Positions 28,347 to 36,574 of a stretch of 64,000 bases of DNA are shown here, in pieces. The translations under genes were made by a program, and so were the position numbers. The stretch covers positions 272,826 to 336,825 of the forward strand of contig JBMNLZ010000001.1 of assembly GCA_050953065.1 (NCBI GenBank), written 5' to 3'. This DNA is from Bacilli bacterium. GTDB lineage: Bacteria > Bacillota_I > Bacilli_A > ML615J-28 > CAG-698. Position 1 is the stretch's first letter; each line of letters starts with the position of its first letter. The notes below the pieces were generated by a model. That model saw only the letters and a program-made list of their open reading frames with translations. It was not told the origin of the DNA and searched no databases.

Positions 28347-29780
28347 TTAAAGCCAAGTTAAACTTTGTTTTAATCTATTAATCGATTCTTCTTTTCCTAA
28401 AATATCAGCCATTTCAACAGATCCACCTGGTGTAACTAAAGATGCAGTTAAAGCAATTCTTAACGCAGTATAAACAGCACCTGTTTTATACTGCAACTTA
28501 AGAGCAGTATCTGTAATCACTTTATGTAAATTTTCTTCATTCCATTCTTTAAGATTTTTAAATTTATCAATTGATTCAATAATAATTGCTTTTGCTACAG
28601 TTGGATTTAATTTCATTTTAGGAATATCATACCAAGATGGATCAATTTGTGAAAACTCATTAATAAATTTTACTTTTTCATCTATTTCACTAAATATTTC
28701 TATTCTATTTTTTAATAAAACAGCAAACTTTCTATAATCATACTTGCCTTTAATACTTGATGACTCAAAATAAGGAAGAGCAAGATTATAAAACTTTTCA
28801 AAATCCATTTCTTTTATATATTCGCCATTAAGCCACTTCATTTTATTTTCATCAAATATACTACTTGATTTACTTAATCTATTAATACTAAAACTTTCAA
28901 TTAATTCAGATAAAGTGAATTTCTCTTTGTTTTCTTCAGGACTCCAGCCTAATAAAGAAATATAATTAATAATAGCTTCAGGCAAATATCCTTTTTTTAC
29001 AAAATCATCAAAGTTGGCATCACCATATCTTTTACTTAATTTTCTAGTTTCATCTTTCATTATCGGAGTTAAATGAATATATTTTGGAATTTCCCAGCCA
29101 AAAGCTTTATATAATAAATTATATTTAGGCGTGCTACTTAAATATTCATTTCCTCTTATTACATGAGTAATCCCCATTAAATGATCATCTACTACATTAG
29201 CAAAATTATAAGTAGGCATTCCATCTGATTTAAGTAATATATTATCTTCTAATTCATTATTAGGAATACTTATTAATCCAAACACCATATCAGTAAATTC
29301 ACTGATTCCTTCAGTTGGCATATTTTGTCTAATTACATATTTCTCGCCTTTAGAAAGTTTTTCTTTTACTTCTTCTTCAGTTAATTTCAAACAATGTTTA
29401 TCATATTTTTTAATTCCTGATGCATCAGCTAGTGAATCTAATCTTTCTTTTGAACAAAAACAATAATAAGCAGCTTTCTTTTCAATTAAAATCTTAGCAT
29501 ATTTATCATAAATTTCTTTTCTTTCACTTTGAATATAAGGTCCAAAATCTCCACCTTCATTAGGTCCTTCATCAAATTCAATGCCTGCAGTTTTCAATGT
29601 ATTATATATTACTTCAACTGCTCCAGGAACATAACGTTCTAAATCTGTATCTTCAATTCTTAAAATAAATTGTCCATTATTTTGTTTAGCAAATAAGTAT
29701 GCATATAAAGCAGATCTTAAGTTGCCAACATGCATAAACCCAGTTGGACTAGGCGCAAATCTCGTTCTTACTTTTTCCAT
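28347..29780 (-). CDS. gltX: Glutamate--tRNA ligase
   Basis: RFAPSPTGFMHVGN (HIGH-class) and KLSKR (KMSKS) motifs; 477 aa. Confidence 0.95.
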   Translation of the reverse strand: MEKVRTRFAPSPTGFMHVGNLRSALYAYLFAKQNNGQFILRIEDTDLERYVPGAVEVIYNTLKTAGIEFDEGPNEGGDFGPYIQSERKEIYDKYAKILIEKKAAYYCFCSKERLDSLADASGIKKYDKHCLKLTEEEVKEKLSKGEKYVIRQNMPTEGISEFTDMVFGLISIPNNELEDNILLKSDGMPTYNFANVVDDHLMGITHVIRGNEYLSSTPKYNLLYKAFGWEIPKYIHLTPIMKDETRKLSKRYGDANFDDFVKKGYLPEAIINYISLLGWSPEENKEKFTLSELIESFSINRLSKSSSIFDENKMKWLNGEYIKEMDFEKFYNLALPYFESSSIKGKYDYRKFAVLLKNRIEIFSEIDEKVKFINEFSQIDPSWYDIPKMKLNPTVAKAIIIESIDKFKNLKEWNEENLHKVITDTALKLQYKTGAVYTALRIALTASLVTPGGSVEMADILGKEESINRLKQSLTWL

Positions 29781-29815
29781 ATATTCTCCTTTATGCTTGA
29801 AAAAATCTCTTATTT

Positions 29816-31552
29816 CTAAGAGATTTTAAAGCTTTTGAACTTTTTAACTTTACTCTTTTGATTCAGTTGATTGTATAGAGAATTTTTATTTTTCTCTAGT
29901 TCTCCAATTTCGCCGTATTCAGAAATTTTTCCATTTTCTAATATAATAAGTTTATCACATTGATTTAATTGTGATATGTTATTAGATAAAATTATAAATA
30001 TCTTATTTTTTAATTTTAATACTTCATCTATTATTTTTTCATTTTCTGGTAAGTCACAAGCATTATCTAAAAGTATAATTTTACTATCTTTATAAAGACC
30101 GTTTGCTAAAACTATTCTTTGTTTAATAATTGGATCTAAATTTTCATCAATTACAGTATCACCAGCATCTGGCAAGTTTAATACATAATCTTTTAAACCA
30201 CTTCTATTTAACGCATCATTATATTTATAATCATCAAATTCATAAGGGAAAATGATATTATTAATAATTGATGTTCTGAAGATTTCACTTTCAGTTGTAA
30301 CTGAAGCCATAATATCTCTTAAATAAAATGTATTAATTTTAGTAATATCACAATTGTTAATCAAAATAGAACCACTTCTTGGAACAGCTAATTTAGTAAG
30401 CAAATTAAATATCGTTGTTTTTCCACTTAATGAATCACCATAGATACCTAGTTTTTGGCCTTTTTGTATTTCAAAATTAATATTTTGAAGTTTGAAATCC
30501 TTATTTAAATAATGAAAATACACATCTTTAAATTTAATACTATAAATTTCATCAAGTGATTCGATATTTTCAAATTTACTTTCAGATTTAAAGGCGAAGA
30601 TTTCATCTAAATTTGTAATAGATGTAGCAATTACAGCTGGTGAGATTCTTGTAGTAAGTAAATTTTTAAATGAAGTAAAAACTTTTGGAATTAAAAATAT
30701 ACATAAAACCAAACTACCAATTGTTAATTTTAATCCCACTGGATCTGCAATTACAATCCAAACACCTATTGATATATTGATTGCTAAAACAAGCCCTACA
30801 AACAAATCACTTATATACTGTTTATTAATCTTATAAAACAAACTATTTTGTCTTTTCATTTTAGCATTTTTTTCATTCCAACTTTTAAAGTTCTCCTCTT
30901 CAAATTTAATACAATTTCTTAACTTTATAGTTTTAACCTTTTCTAAAGTTTCATTCATCAAAAATTGCCCTTGATTCATAACTTCTTTTACTTTAGGTTG
31001 ACTTCTTTTATAAAGTTTTTGAAAAGCTTTTATTAAAGCATAATAAACTGGCAATGTACAAAAAACAACTAAAGCTATTAAAGGATTAGAAATCAGTAAT
31101 GCTATTAATAAGAAAATTAATGATATAGAATTACTAAAGAAATTCAAAACATTGTTAGTAATATAAGTATCACCAATTTTACTAGCATCGCTGTTCATTC
31201 TTTTAATAATTTCTTTAGAAGTCATTTTTTCAATTTCAAACAATTCAGCTCTTAATACTGTTGAATATAAATTTTCTCTTAAATATTGAGTTACATAATT
31301 TCCTAAAATTATATTATTATTTTGATTAACACTATTTAAAATAAAAGATATAACACTAGACAAAGAAAGCATTATGATCCAAAAAACTAATAAATCAAAA
31401 TCTTTATTTGGAATAACATTATCAATAATAACTTTTATTATCCATAAACTAAAAATTAAAAGCAAAGATGATAAGATAACCATTAAAACAAGAAATATTA
31501 TTGAACGAAGTTTATTGCTAAACGCTTGCTTAATAAGATTTTTAGTATTCAT
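29816..31552 (-). CDS. ABC exporter half-transporter (TMD-NBD fusion) with degenerate ATPase catalytic motifs
   Basis: 578 aa, six N-terminal TM helices. Walker A GDSLSGKTT is intact. The signature is LDPIIKQR instead of LSGGQ, Walker B is ILLDNA instead of DE, the H-loop His is replaced (LSNNIS), and no Q-loop Gln is evident. Confidence 0.75.
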   Translation of the reverse strand: MNTKNLIKQAFSNKLRSIIFLVLMVILSSLLLIFSLWIIKVIIDNVIPNKDFDLLVFWIIMLSLSSVISFILNSVNQNNNIILGNYVTQYLRENLYSTVLRAELFEIEKMTSKEIIKRMNSDASKIGDTYITNNVLNFFSNSISLIFLLIALLISNPLIALVVFCTLPVYYALIKAFQKLYKRSQPKVKEVMNQGQFLMNETLEKVKTIKLRNCIKFEEENFKSWNEKNAKMKRQNSLFYKINKQYISDLFVGLVLAINISIGVWIVIADPVGLKLTIGSLVLCIFLIPKVFTSFKNLLTTRISPAVIATSITNLDEIFAFKSESKFENIESLDEIYSIKFKDVYFHYLNKDFKLQNINFEIQKGQKLGIYGDSLSGKTTIFNLLTKLAVPRSGSILINNCDITKINTFYLRDIMASVTTESEIFRTSIINNIIFPYEFDDYKYNDALNRSGLKDYVLNLPDAGDTVIDENLDPIIKQRIVLANGLYKDSKIILLDNACDLPENEKIIDEVLKLKNKIFIILSNNISQLNQCDKLIILENGKISEYGEIGELEKNKNSLYNQLNQKSKVKKFKSFKIS

Positions 31553-31646
31553 ATATGCCTCCTTTCATAACTAACTAAGTTTAACTTATTATACCATAAA
31601 GTATTAAAAAAAACTATATTTTATATGAATAATATTTTAAAAATAT

Positions 31647-31675
31647 TTGACTATTATTAAAATTCAATGTATAAT
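31647..31675 (+). promoter_or_regulatory. Sigma-A-type promoter driving the FMN riboswitch
   Basis: TTGACT (31647..31652), 17-bp spacer, TATAAT (31670..31675). Confidence 0.7.
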
Positions 31676-31682
31676 GACTTAA

Positions 31683-31846
31683 AGAAGTCTTCAGGGTGAG
31701 GTGTAATTCCTAACCGGCGGTAAAGTCCGCGAGCTGTAAAGCAGATTTGGTGTAATTCCAAAACCGACAGTAAAGTCTGGATGAAAGAAGATTTTATGCT
31801 TTTTTTGCATGCTTTCACCCTAGAATTTCTAGGGTGTTTTTATATT
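31683..31846 (+). promoter_or_regulatory. FMN riboswitch (RFN element) with intrinsic terminator expression platform
   Basis: CAGGGTGAGGTGTAATTCCTAACCGGCGGTAAAGTCCGCGAGC ... ACCGACAGTAAAGTCTGGATGAAAGAAG matches the RFN consensus (compare B. subtilis ribD leader GGGTGAAATTCCCGACCGGCGGTAGTAAAGCAC...GCCGACAGTGAAAGTCTGGATGGGAGAAG). The terminator is caccctagaa/ttctagggtg plus U5 at 31815..31842. Confidence 0.85.
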
Positions 31847-31859
31847 CAAGGAGGATTAT

Positions 31860-32975
31860 ATGATTTTAAAAATCGATTGGGCCATTTTTTTTAATAAAAA
31901 CTTATCCAGTATAATCGCAGGAATTGGACTTTTTCTAGTTTTAATTGCTGTAATTTTAAATTTTTTTCAAAACAAATGTTCTAAAAAATCAAAAATTTCT
32001 TTAATAACTACCATTGTAATAGGAACTCTTCTAGTAATTACTGGTATTGTTACAAATAAAAAATGGGCAGAAATCTTAGCATATTTGGGAGTAATTTTAT
32101 CAATCTTAGGATTTATAGCTTTAATGGTAAATATTTTTAAAACTACAAGAGAAAAAATAAAAATTATCCTATCTATGGTTGTTTTATTGTTAGGTCTTTT
32201 TTCGTTAATTCTTGGTTTATTTAATATTGAAAAATACTTGCTTGTTTTAAGTGTCTTCGGTGTTCTTCTATTAATTTCATGCTTAATTAGTTATTTTATA
32301 ATATACGATGAAAGAAAAGAAATCTCAAAATTTCAAACTAAAAATATAGCTGTGGTTGGTATTTTAGGAGCTTTAGGTGTTATATCTATGCTAATAGGTA
32401 TTCCAATTATGCCTGTTCTGGGTTTTGATTTTCTAAAACTAGATTTTTGTTTAGTTGTTCTAGTATGTGTTTTATTACTTTTTGATTTTAAAACTGCTGT
32501 TGCTGTTGCTTTTGTTTCAAATTTAATAGATGGATTATTAAAACCTGGTGTAATTTATTTATTAGACCAAGGTATAAACTTTGTTGCTAGCACTCTATTT
32601 TTAATACCAATTTACTTCTTAGTTGCATACACTAAAAAAAGAATCAATTCAGAAATAACACATAAAAACATTCTAACAATTTTATTTTGTGCAATTTCAA
32701 CCATATCTACTACTATTCTTATGATATTTATTAATTATTTTGTTGTAATACCTATTTATGATAATGCTACAGGTAACGCTATTTCAACTGGATTGTTGCA
32801 AATAAATAACAATAAATTCCTTGCTACAATCATGATTTTTGGTACTTTTAATATAATAAAATGGACTTGTGTATCTATTGTTATTTCCCTTATTTATAAT
32901 AGATTTATTAAATTTAAAAAATCTATTTGTTATGAAGAGTTATTAGCTGAAGAACTTGAAAAAAGTATTCTTTAA
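31860..32975 (+). CDS. ribU: Riboflavin ECF-transporter S-component (RibU-like) fused to an N-terminal ~170-aa multi-TM extension
   Basis: The C-terminal ~200 aa (NIAVVGILGALGV...FLKLDFCLVVLVCVLLLF...) resemble RibU/YpaA (YLKIDFSDVPAIIAILIYG). It is preceded by ~5 extra hydrophobic helices. Strong AAGGAGG RBS at 31849. Downstream of the FMN riboswitch. Confidence 0.6.
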   Translation: MILKIDWAIFFNKNLSSIIAGIGLFLVLIAVILNFFQNKCSKKSKISLITTIVIGTLLVITGIVTNKKWAEILAYLGVILSILGFIALMVNIFKTTREKIKIILSMVVLLLGLFSLILGLFNIEKYLLVLSVFGVLLLISCLISYFIIYDERKEISKFQTKNIAVVGILGALGVISMLIGIPIMPVLGFDFLKLDFCLVVLVCVLLLFDFKTAVAVAFVSNLIDGLLKPGVIYLLDQGINFVASTLFLIPIYFLVAYTKKRINSEITHKNILTILFCAISTISTTILMIFINYFVVIPIYDNATGNAISTGLLQINNNKFLATIMIFGTFNIIKWTCVSIVISLIYNRFIKFKKSICYEELLAEELEKSIL

Positions 32976-33014
32976 ATCTTGTTAGTAACCGCTTTAATGT
33001 GATATACTAATATT

Positions 33015-33776
33015 ATGAAAAAAAGAATTTGGGAATTAGATTTTTTAAGATCACTTGCTTTTATATTAATGGTTTTTGATCACTTCACTTTTGATTTAGC
33101 AATCCTTGAAACTACTATCTGGTGGGAATATGATCCACATTTTCTAACTGGTTTATGCAACTTTGCTATAACATACAGAGATAGTGACTTTTCAATGTTT
33201 ATTAGAATTGCTTTTATTTCTGGAGTTTTTATCTTTATATCAGGAATTTGCGGAAATCTATCTAGAAACAATTTCAAAAGAGGTATCAAATTAGGTATAA
33301 TTGCTATTTTATTAACTGTTATTACATTTATATTTAGCAAAATATCTGGAATAGATATTACTATATGGTTTGGAATTTTACATCTTTTAAGTGTTGGAAT
33401 GTTATTAACTCCATTATTTATGAAAATACCTAAAATAGCAAATATTATAATAGCTGTTGTTATAACTGGTTTAGGGATATTCTTTGGAACTATTGTAGCT
33501 TATGAAAATATTCCAAAAATATTAATGATTTTCAATTTTAAAACAGTTTCATCAGCTGACTATTATCCGATTTTTCCTTTTCTTGGAATTTATATAATAG
33601 GATTATTAGTAGGAAGTATTGTTTATAAAAATAAAGAATCACTTTTCCCTAACACAGAAACAAAGTATATATCACCACTTCTTTTTATTGGTAGACATAG
33701 TTTAATTTTCTATTTTGTACACCAAATAATATTGTTTGTTATTATATACGCTTTAGGATTATTATTTATAATATAA
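33015..33776 (+). CDS. DUF1624 / HGSNAT-like acyltransferase-family membrane protein
   Basis: MKKRIWELDFLRSLAFILMVFDHF N-terminus typical of DUF1624; 253 aa, polytopic. Confidence 0.55.
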   Translation: MKKRIWELDFLRSLAFILMVFDHFTFDLAILETTIWWEYDPHFLTGLCNFAITYRDSDFSMFIRIAFISGVFIFISGICGNLSRNNFKRGIKLGIIAILLTVITFIFSKISGIDITIWFGILHLLSVGMLLTPLFMKIPKIANIIIAVVITGLGIFFGTIVAYENIPKILMIFNFKTVSSADYYPIFPFLGIYIIGLLVGSIVYKNKESLFPNTETKYISPLLFIGRHSLIFYFVHQIILFVIIYALGLLFII

Positions 33777-33777
33777 A

Positions 33778-33806
33778 AACTCTATTTTATGAAATAGAGT
33801 TTTTAT
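33778..33806. terminator. Bidirectional terminator
   Basis: aaactctattt-tatgaa-aaatagagttt hairpin with flanking T/A runs, between convergent genes. Confidence 0.65.
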
Positions 33807-35031
33807 TTTCTTCTAAATATTTTATTATACTTTTTTTATTATTTTTTAATTCATTACTAATAACTTTATCAAGAAGTTTTTCTTTTACTGTTTGAATCTC
33901 TCTTTTTTTATAACCTATTTCTTTTAAATCATTACCATCTATCTTAAGAGAATCCATTGAATAACATATTTTTTTTCTTTCAATCTTTTTTATAGTTTTT
34001 AAAATTTTATTTAAAAATATAACGTCTTCAAGTTTTTCGGAAAAATAATATTTAGATTTAATAATTTTATTTAATATATTATAGCCATATTTATTCAATA
34101 GTTTTTTTAATGTTATTTCATCATTATCAATCTTTATAAATATATTTTCCATTATTAATAAAATTTCATAAATATTTTTTTTAGAAAAACAAAGTTCTTT
34201 TAATTTTTCCTCTACTCTATTTAAATCATTTTTTTGATAACCAAACATCAAATTTAAAAAGATTGCTATTCTAATTATATAATCATCTGCTTCTTTTAAC
34301 TTTTCTTTATTAACACTTTTTATATTTTCTAAAAAATCATCTACGTTTATATCTTGAATACCATTAAATATAAATGCGAATATTTCAAAATATTCTTCTA
34401 CAACTTTAGAATAATCACCAAATGTTAACATTTTAATCAATTCATCTCTAACTCTTTCTTTTGAAATGTTTTTAACCAAATGGTAATTATTAAGAATTCC
34501 TTTTTTTGTTTCTTCTTCGATTTTAAAATCTAGGTTTACTGAAAATCTTAAAGCTCTCATAATTCTTAAAGCATCTTCTTCAAACCTTGAATTTGAATTA
34601 CCTACAGTTTTAATATTTTTTTGATTGATATCATTTAGCCCATTAAAATAATCAATGAATTCTTTATTATAAGCTATGGCATTCATTGTAAAATCTCTTC
34701 TACTTAAGTCTTCTTTTAAGTCTTTTAAAAACTCTACTTTATCTGGATGGCGATTATCTGAATAGTTATTTTCTATTCTATAGGTAGTTACTTGGACTTC
34801 GTTTTTATTAATATAAATAGAGATTGTACCATGTTTTTCCCCATAATTAAACAATTTATATTTTTTAAATATTTCCTTAATCTCACTAGGTAAAGCAGAG
34901 GTTGTTAAATCATAGTCAATGGGTTTTTTACCCATTAAAAAATCCCTACAAGCGCCACCTACAATATATGCTTCATGATTATTATTTTCAATTTTTTTAA
35001 TTATTTTTTTTATATATCCTGGAACTTTCAT
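33787..35031 (-). CDS. cca: CCA-adding tRNA nucleotidyltransferase
   Basis: IVGGACRDFLMGKKPIDYDLTT polymerase-beta head motif; 414 aa. Confidence 0.8.
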   Translation of the reverse strand: MKVPGYIKKIIKKIENNNHEAYIVGGACRDFLMGKKPIDYDLTTSALPSEIKEIFKKYKLFNYGEKHGTISIYINKNEVQVTTYRIENNYSDNRHPDKVEFLKDLKEDLSRRDFTMNAIAYNKEFIDYFNGLNDINQKNIKTVGNSNSRFEEDALRIMRALRFSVNLDFKIEEETKKGILNNYHLVKNISKERVRDELIKMLTFGDYSKVVEEYFEIFAFIFNGIQDINVDDFLENIKSVNKEKLKEADDYIIRIAIFLNLMFGYQKNDLNRVEEKLKELCFSKKNIYEILLIMENIFIKIDNDEITLKKLLNKYGYNILNKIIKSKYYFSEKLEDVIFLNKILKTIKKIERKKICYSMDSLKIDGNDLKEIGYKKREIQTVKEKLLDKVISNELKNNKKSIIKYLEENKNSIS

Positions 35032-35107
35032 TTTATACCTCTATTTAATTATATCATAACTTAATTAATAATTAATATATATTTTAAAAGAGAAATTATT
35101 TTTTTTA

Positions 35108-35136
35108 TTGATTTATAAGGAAATATTTGTTATAAT
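35108..35136 (+). promoter_or_regulatory. Promoter for tRNA-Gly
   Basis: TTGATT, 17 bp, TATAAT (35131..35136), 11 bp upstream of the tRNA 5' end. Confidence 0.6.
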
Positions 35137-35147
35137 GTTAATACATT

Positions 35148-35222
35148 GCAGGTATAGTATAAAGGCTATTATGCCGCCTTGCCATGGCGAAGATGCGAGT
35201 TCGATTCTCGTTACCTGCTCCA
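35148..35222 (+). tRNA. tRNA-Gly (anticodon GCC) with genomically encoded CCA
   Basis: Acceptor stem GCAGGTA/TACCTGC; anticodon loop TTGCCAT; T-arm GAGTTCGATTCTC; 3' TCCA. The ORF-track ORF 35108..35299 overlapping it is spurious. Confidence 0.85.
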
Positions 35223-35257
35223 AAGCATATAAGTTTATCATTGATAACTTTTTTATT

Positions 35258-35298
35258 AAAAAATCTCTAAATGAAAATTTAGAGATTTTTATTTTTTA
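35258..35298. terminator. Terminator after tRNA-Gly, also serving the convergent LRR gene
   Basis: aaatctctaaa-tgaaaatt-tttagagattt hairpin followed by T run. Confidence 0.7.
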
Positions 35299-35317
35299 AA
35301 ATAATATTATATTTCTA

Positions 35318-36397
35318 TTATCCGGTATAGCCCCAAACAACTGGTCTATTATCAGGATTCCAATTGCTATCCCAGCCACTTGGTTGACTAGTAGCTTTTG
35401 CATTTATACTTAAATTAGCACAATCCCAAAAAACATAATTTCCCATAGTTTCTACCTGTTTTGGAATAATGATTGTTTCTAAACTACTACAATTAGTAAA
35501 TGCGTACATTGCTATACTAGTAACAGTGTCTGGAATCACTACACTTGTTAGACTATTGCACCCCCTAAATAAAGCAAATTCTATATTTGTTATACCTTCT
35601 GGAAGCGTTATACTTTCTATACTACTACATCCATAAAAAGCGCTAGTTCCAATACTAGTAACTCCTGATGGAATTGTAATGCTAGTTAAATTAGCACAAT
35701 TATAAAATAAAGAATTTCCTAAACTTTTAATATTATCTGAAAGTGTAACACTTTCTAATCTTTTACAAAGTTTAAAAACATTAGTTCCAAGTGTAGTAAC
35801 ACTATTAGGAAGTGTAACACTAGTTAAATTAACACAACCATCAAAGGCATAGTCTTCTATACTAGTAACAGTGTTTGGAATAGTAATACTAGATAAACTT
35901 TCACATTGATTAAACGCAAAACTTCTTATACTTGTAACCCCTTCTGGAATTTCAATACTAGTAAGACTAGCACATCCAATAAATAATCCAATTTCAATAG
36001 TATCAATAGTATTAGGAAGTGTAACTGTTGTTAAACCCATGCAAGAATTAAAAACATATCTGCTTATTTTCCCTACTCCATTTTCAATATTAACAGTTTT
36101 TAATTTAGCACAAAAATCAAAAGCATACTCACCTATACTCACAACACTTGAAGGAATTTTAATGCTTGTTAATTTAGATTCAGCAAACGCTCTTGCTGCT
36201 ATACCTGTGACACTAATGTTCTCATAGCTTGAAGGGATTTTAATTCTTCCACTTTCACCAGTATAACCAACCACCTCATAAGTTTCATCTTCTTTTAATT
36301 TAAAAACAACACCTTCATAACCTTCTTCTTCTTCAAAACACGATGTCAACAATAGCAGTGCAAAAACTATTATTAAAATATTAAATATTTTTTTCAT
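35318..36397 (-). CDS. BspA-type leucine-rich-repeat surface lipoprotein (small paralog)
   Basis: Signal peptide plus lipobox LLLTSC; repeated ~23-aa LRR units (..LTSITIP.SVTSIG..AF..C..L..); C-terminus NRPVVWGYTG shared with the two giant paralogs. Confidence 0.8.
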   Translation of the reverse strand: MKKIFNILIIVFALLLLTSCFEEEEGYEGVVFKLKEDETYEVVGYTGESGRIKIPSSYENISVTGIAARAFAESKLTSIKIPSSVVSIGEYAFDFCAKLKTVNIENGVGKISRYVFNSCMGLTTVTLPNTIDTIEIGLFIGCASLTSIEIPEGVTSIRSFAFNQCESLSSITIPNTVTSIEDYAFDGCVNLTSVTLPNSVTTLGTNVFKLCKRLESVTLSDNIKSLGNSLFYNCANLTSITIPSGVTSIGTSAFYGCSSIESITLPEGITNIEFALFRGCNSLTSVVIPDTVTSIAMYAFTNCSSLETIIIPKQVETMGNYVFWDCANLSINAKATSQPSGWDSNWNPDNRPVVWGYTG

Positions 36398-36490
36398 TTT
36401 CCTACACTCTCTTTCTCTTATCTAATCTTTCATAAAAAGATCTCTTTATAATATTATATAACAAAAAACAAAATCTAACAAGATAATTAG

Positions 36491-36535
36491 AAAAAGTCTC
36501 TAAATATTTATTATTTCAGAGACTTTTCTTTTTTT
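36491..36535 (-). terminator. Terminator of the 1882-aa LRR gene
   Basis: aaaagtctc...gagactttt stem followed by a T run in the minus-strand sense. Confidence 0.5.
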
Positions 36536-36574
36536 ATTTTACTTTATTAAGTTATAAAACTAAAACATTAATTA

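Noticed and set aside
35108-35299. 63-aa plus-strand ORF
   Set aside because: It overlaps a well-formed tRNA-Gly gene together with its promoter and terminator; it is not coding.
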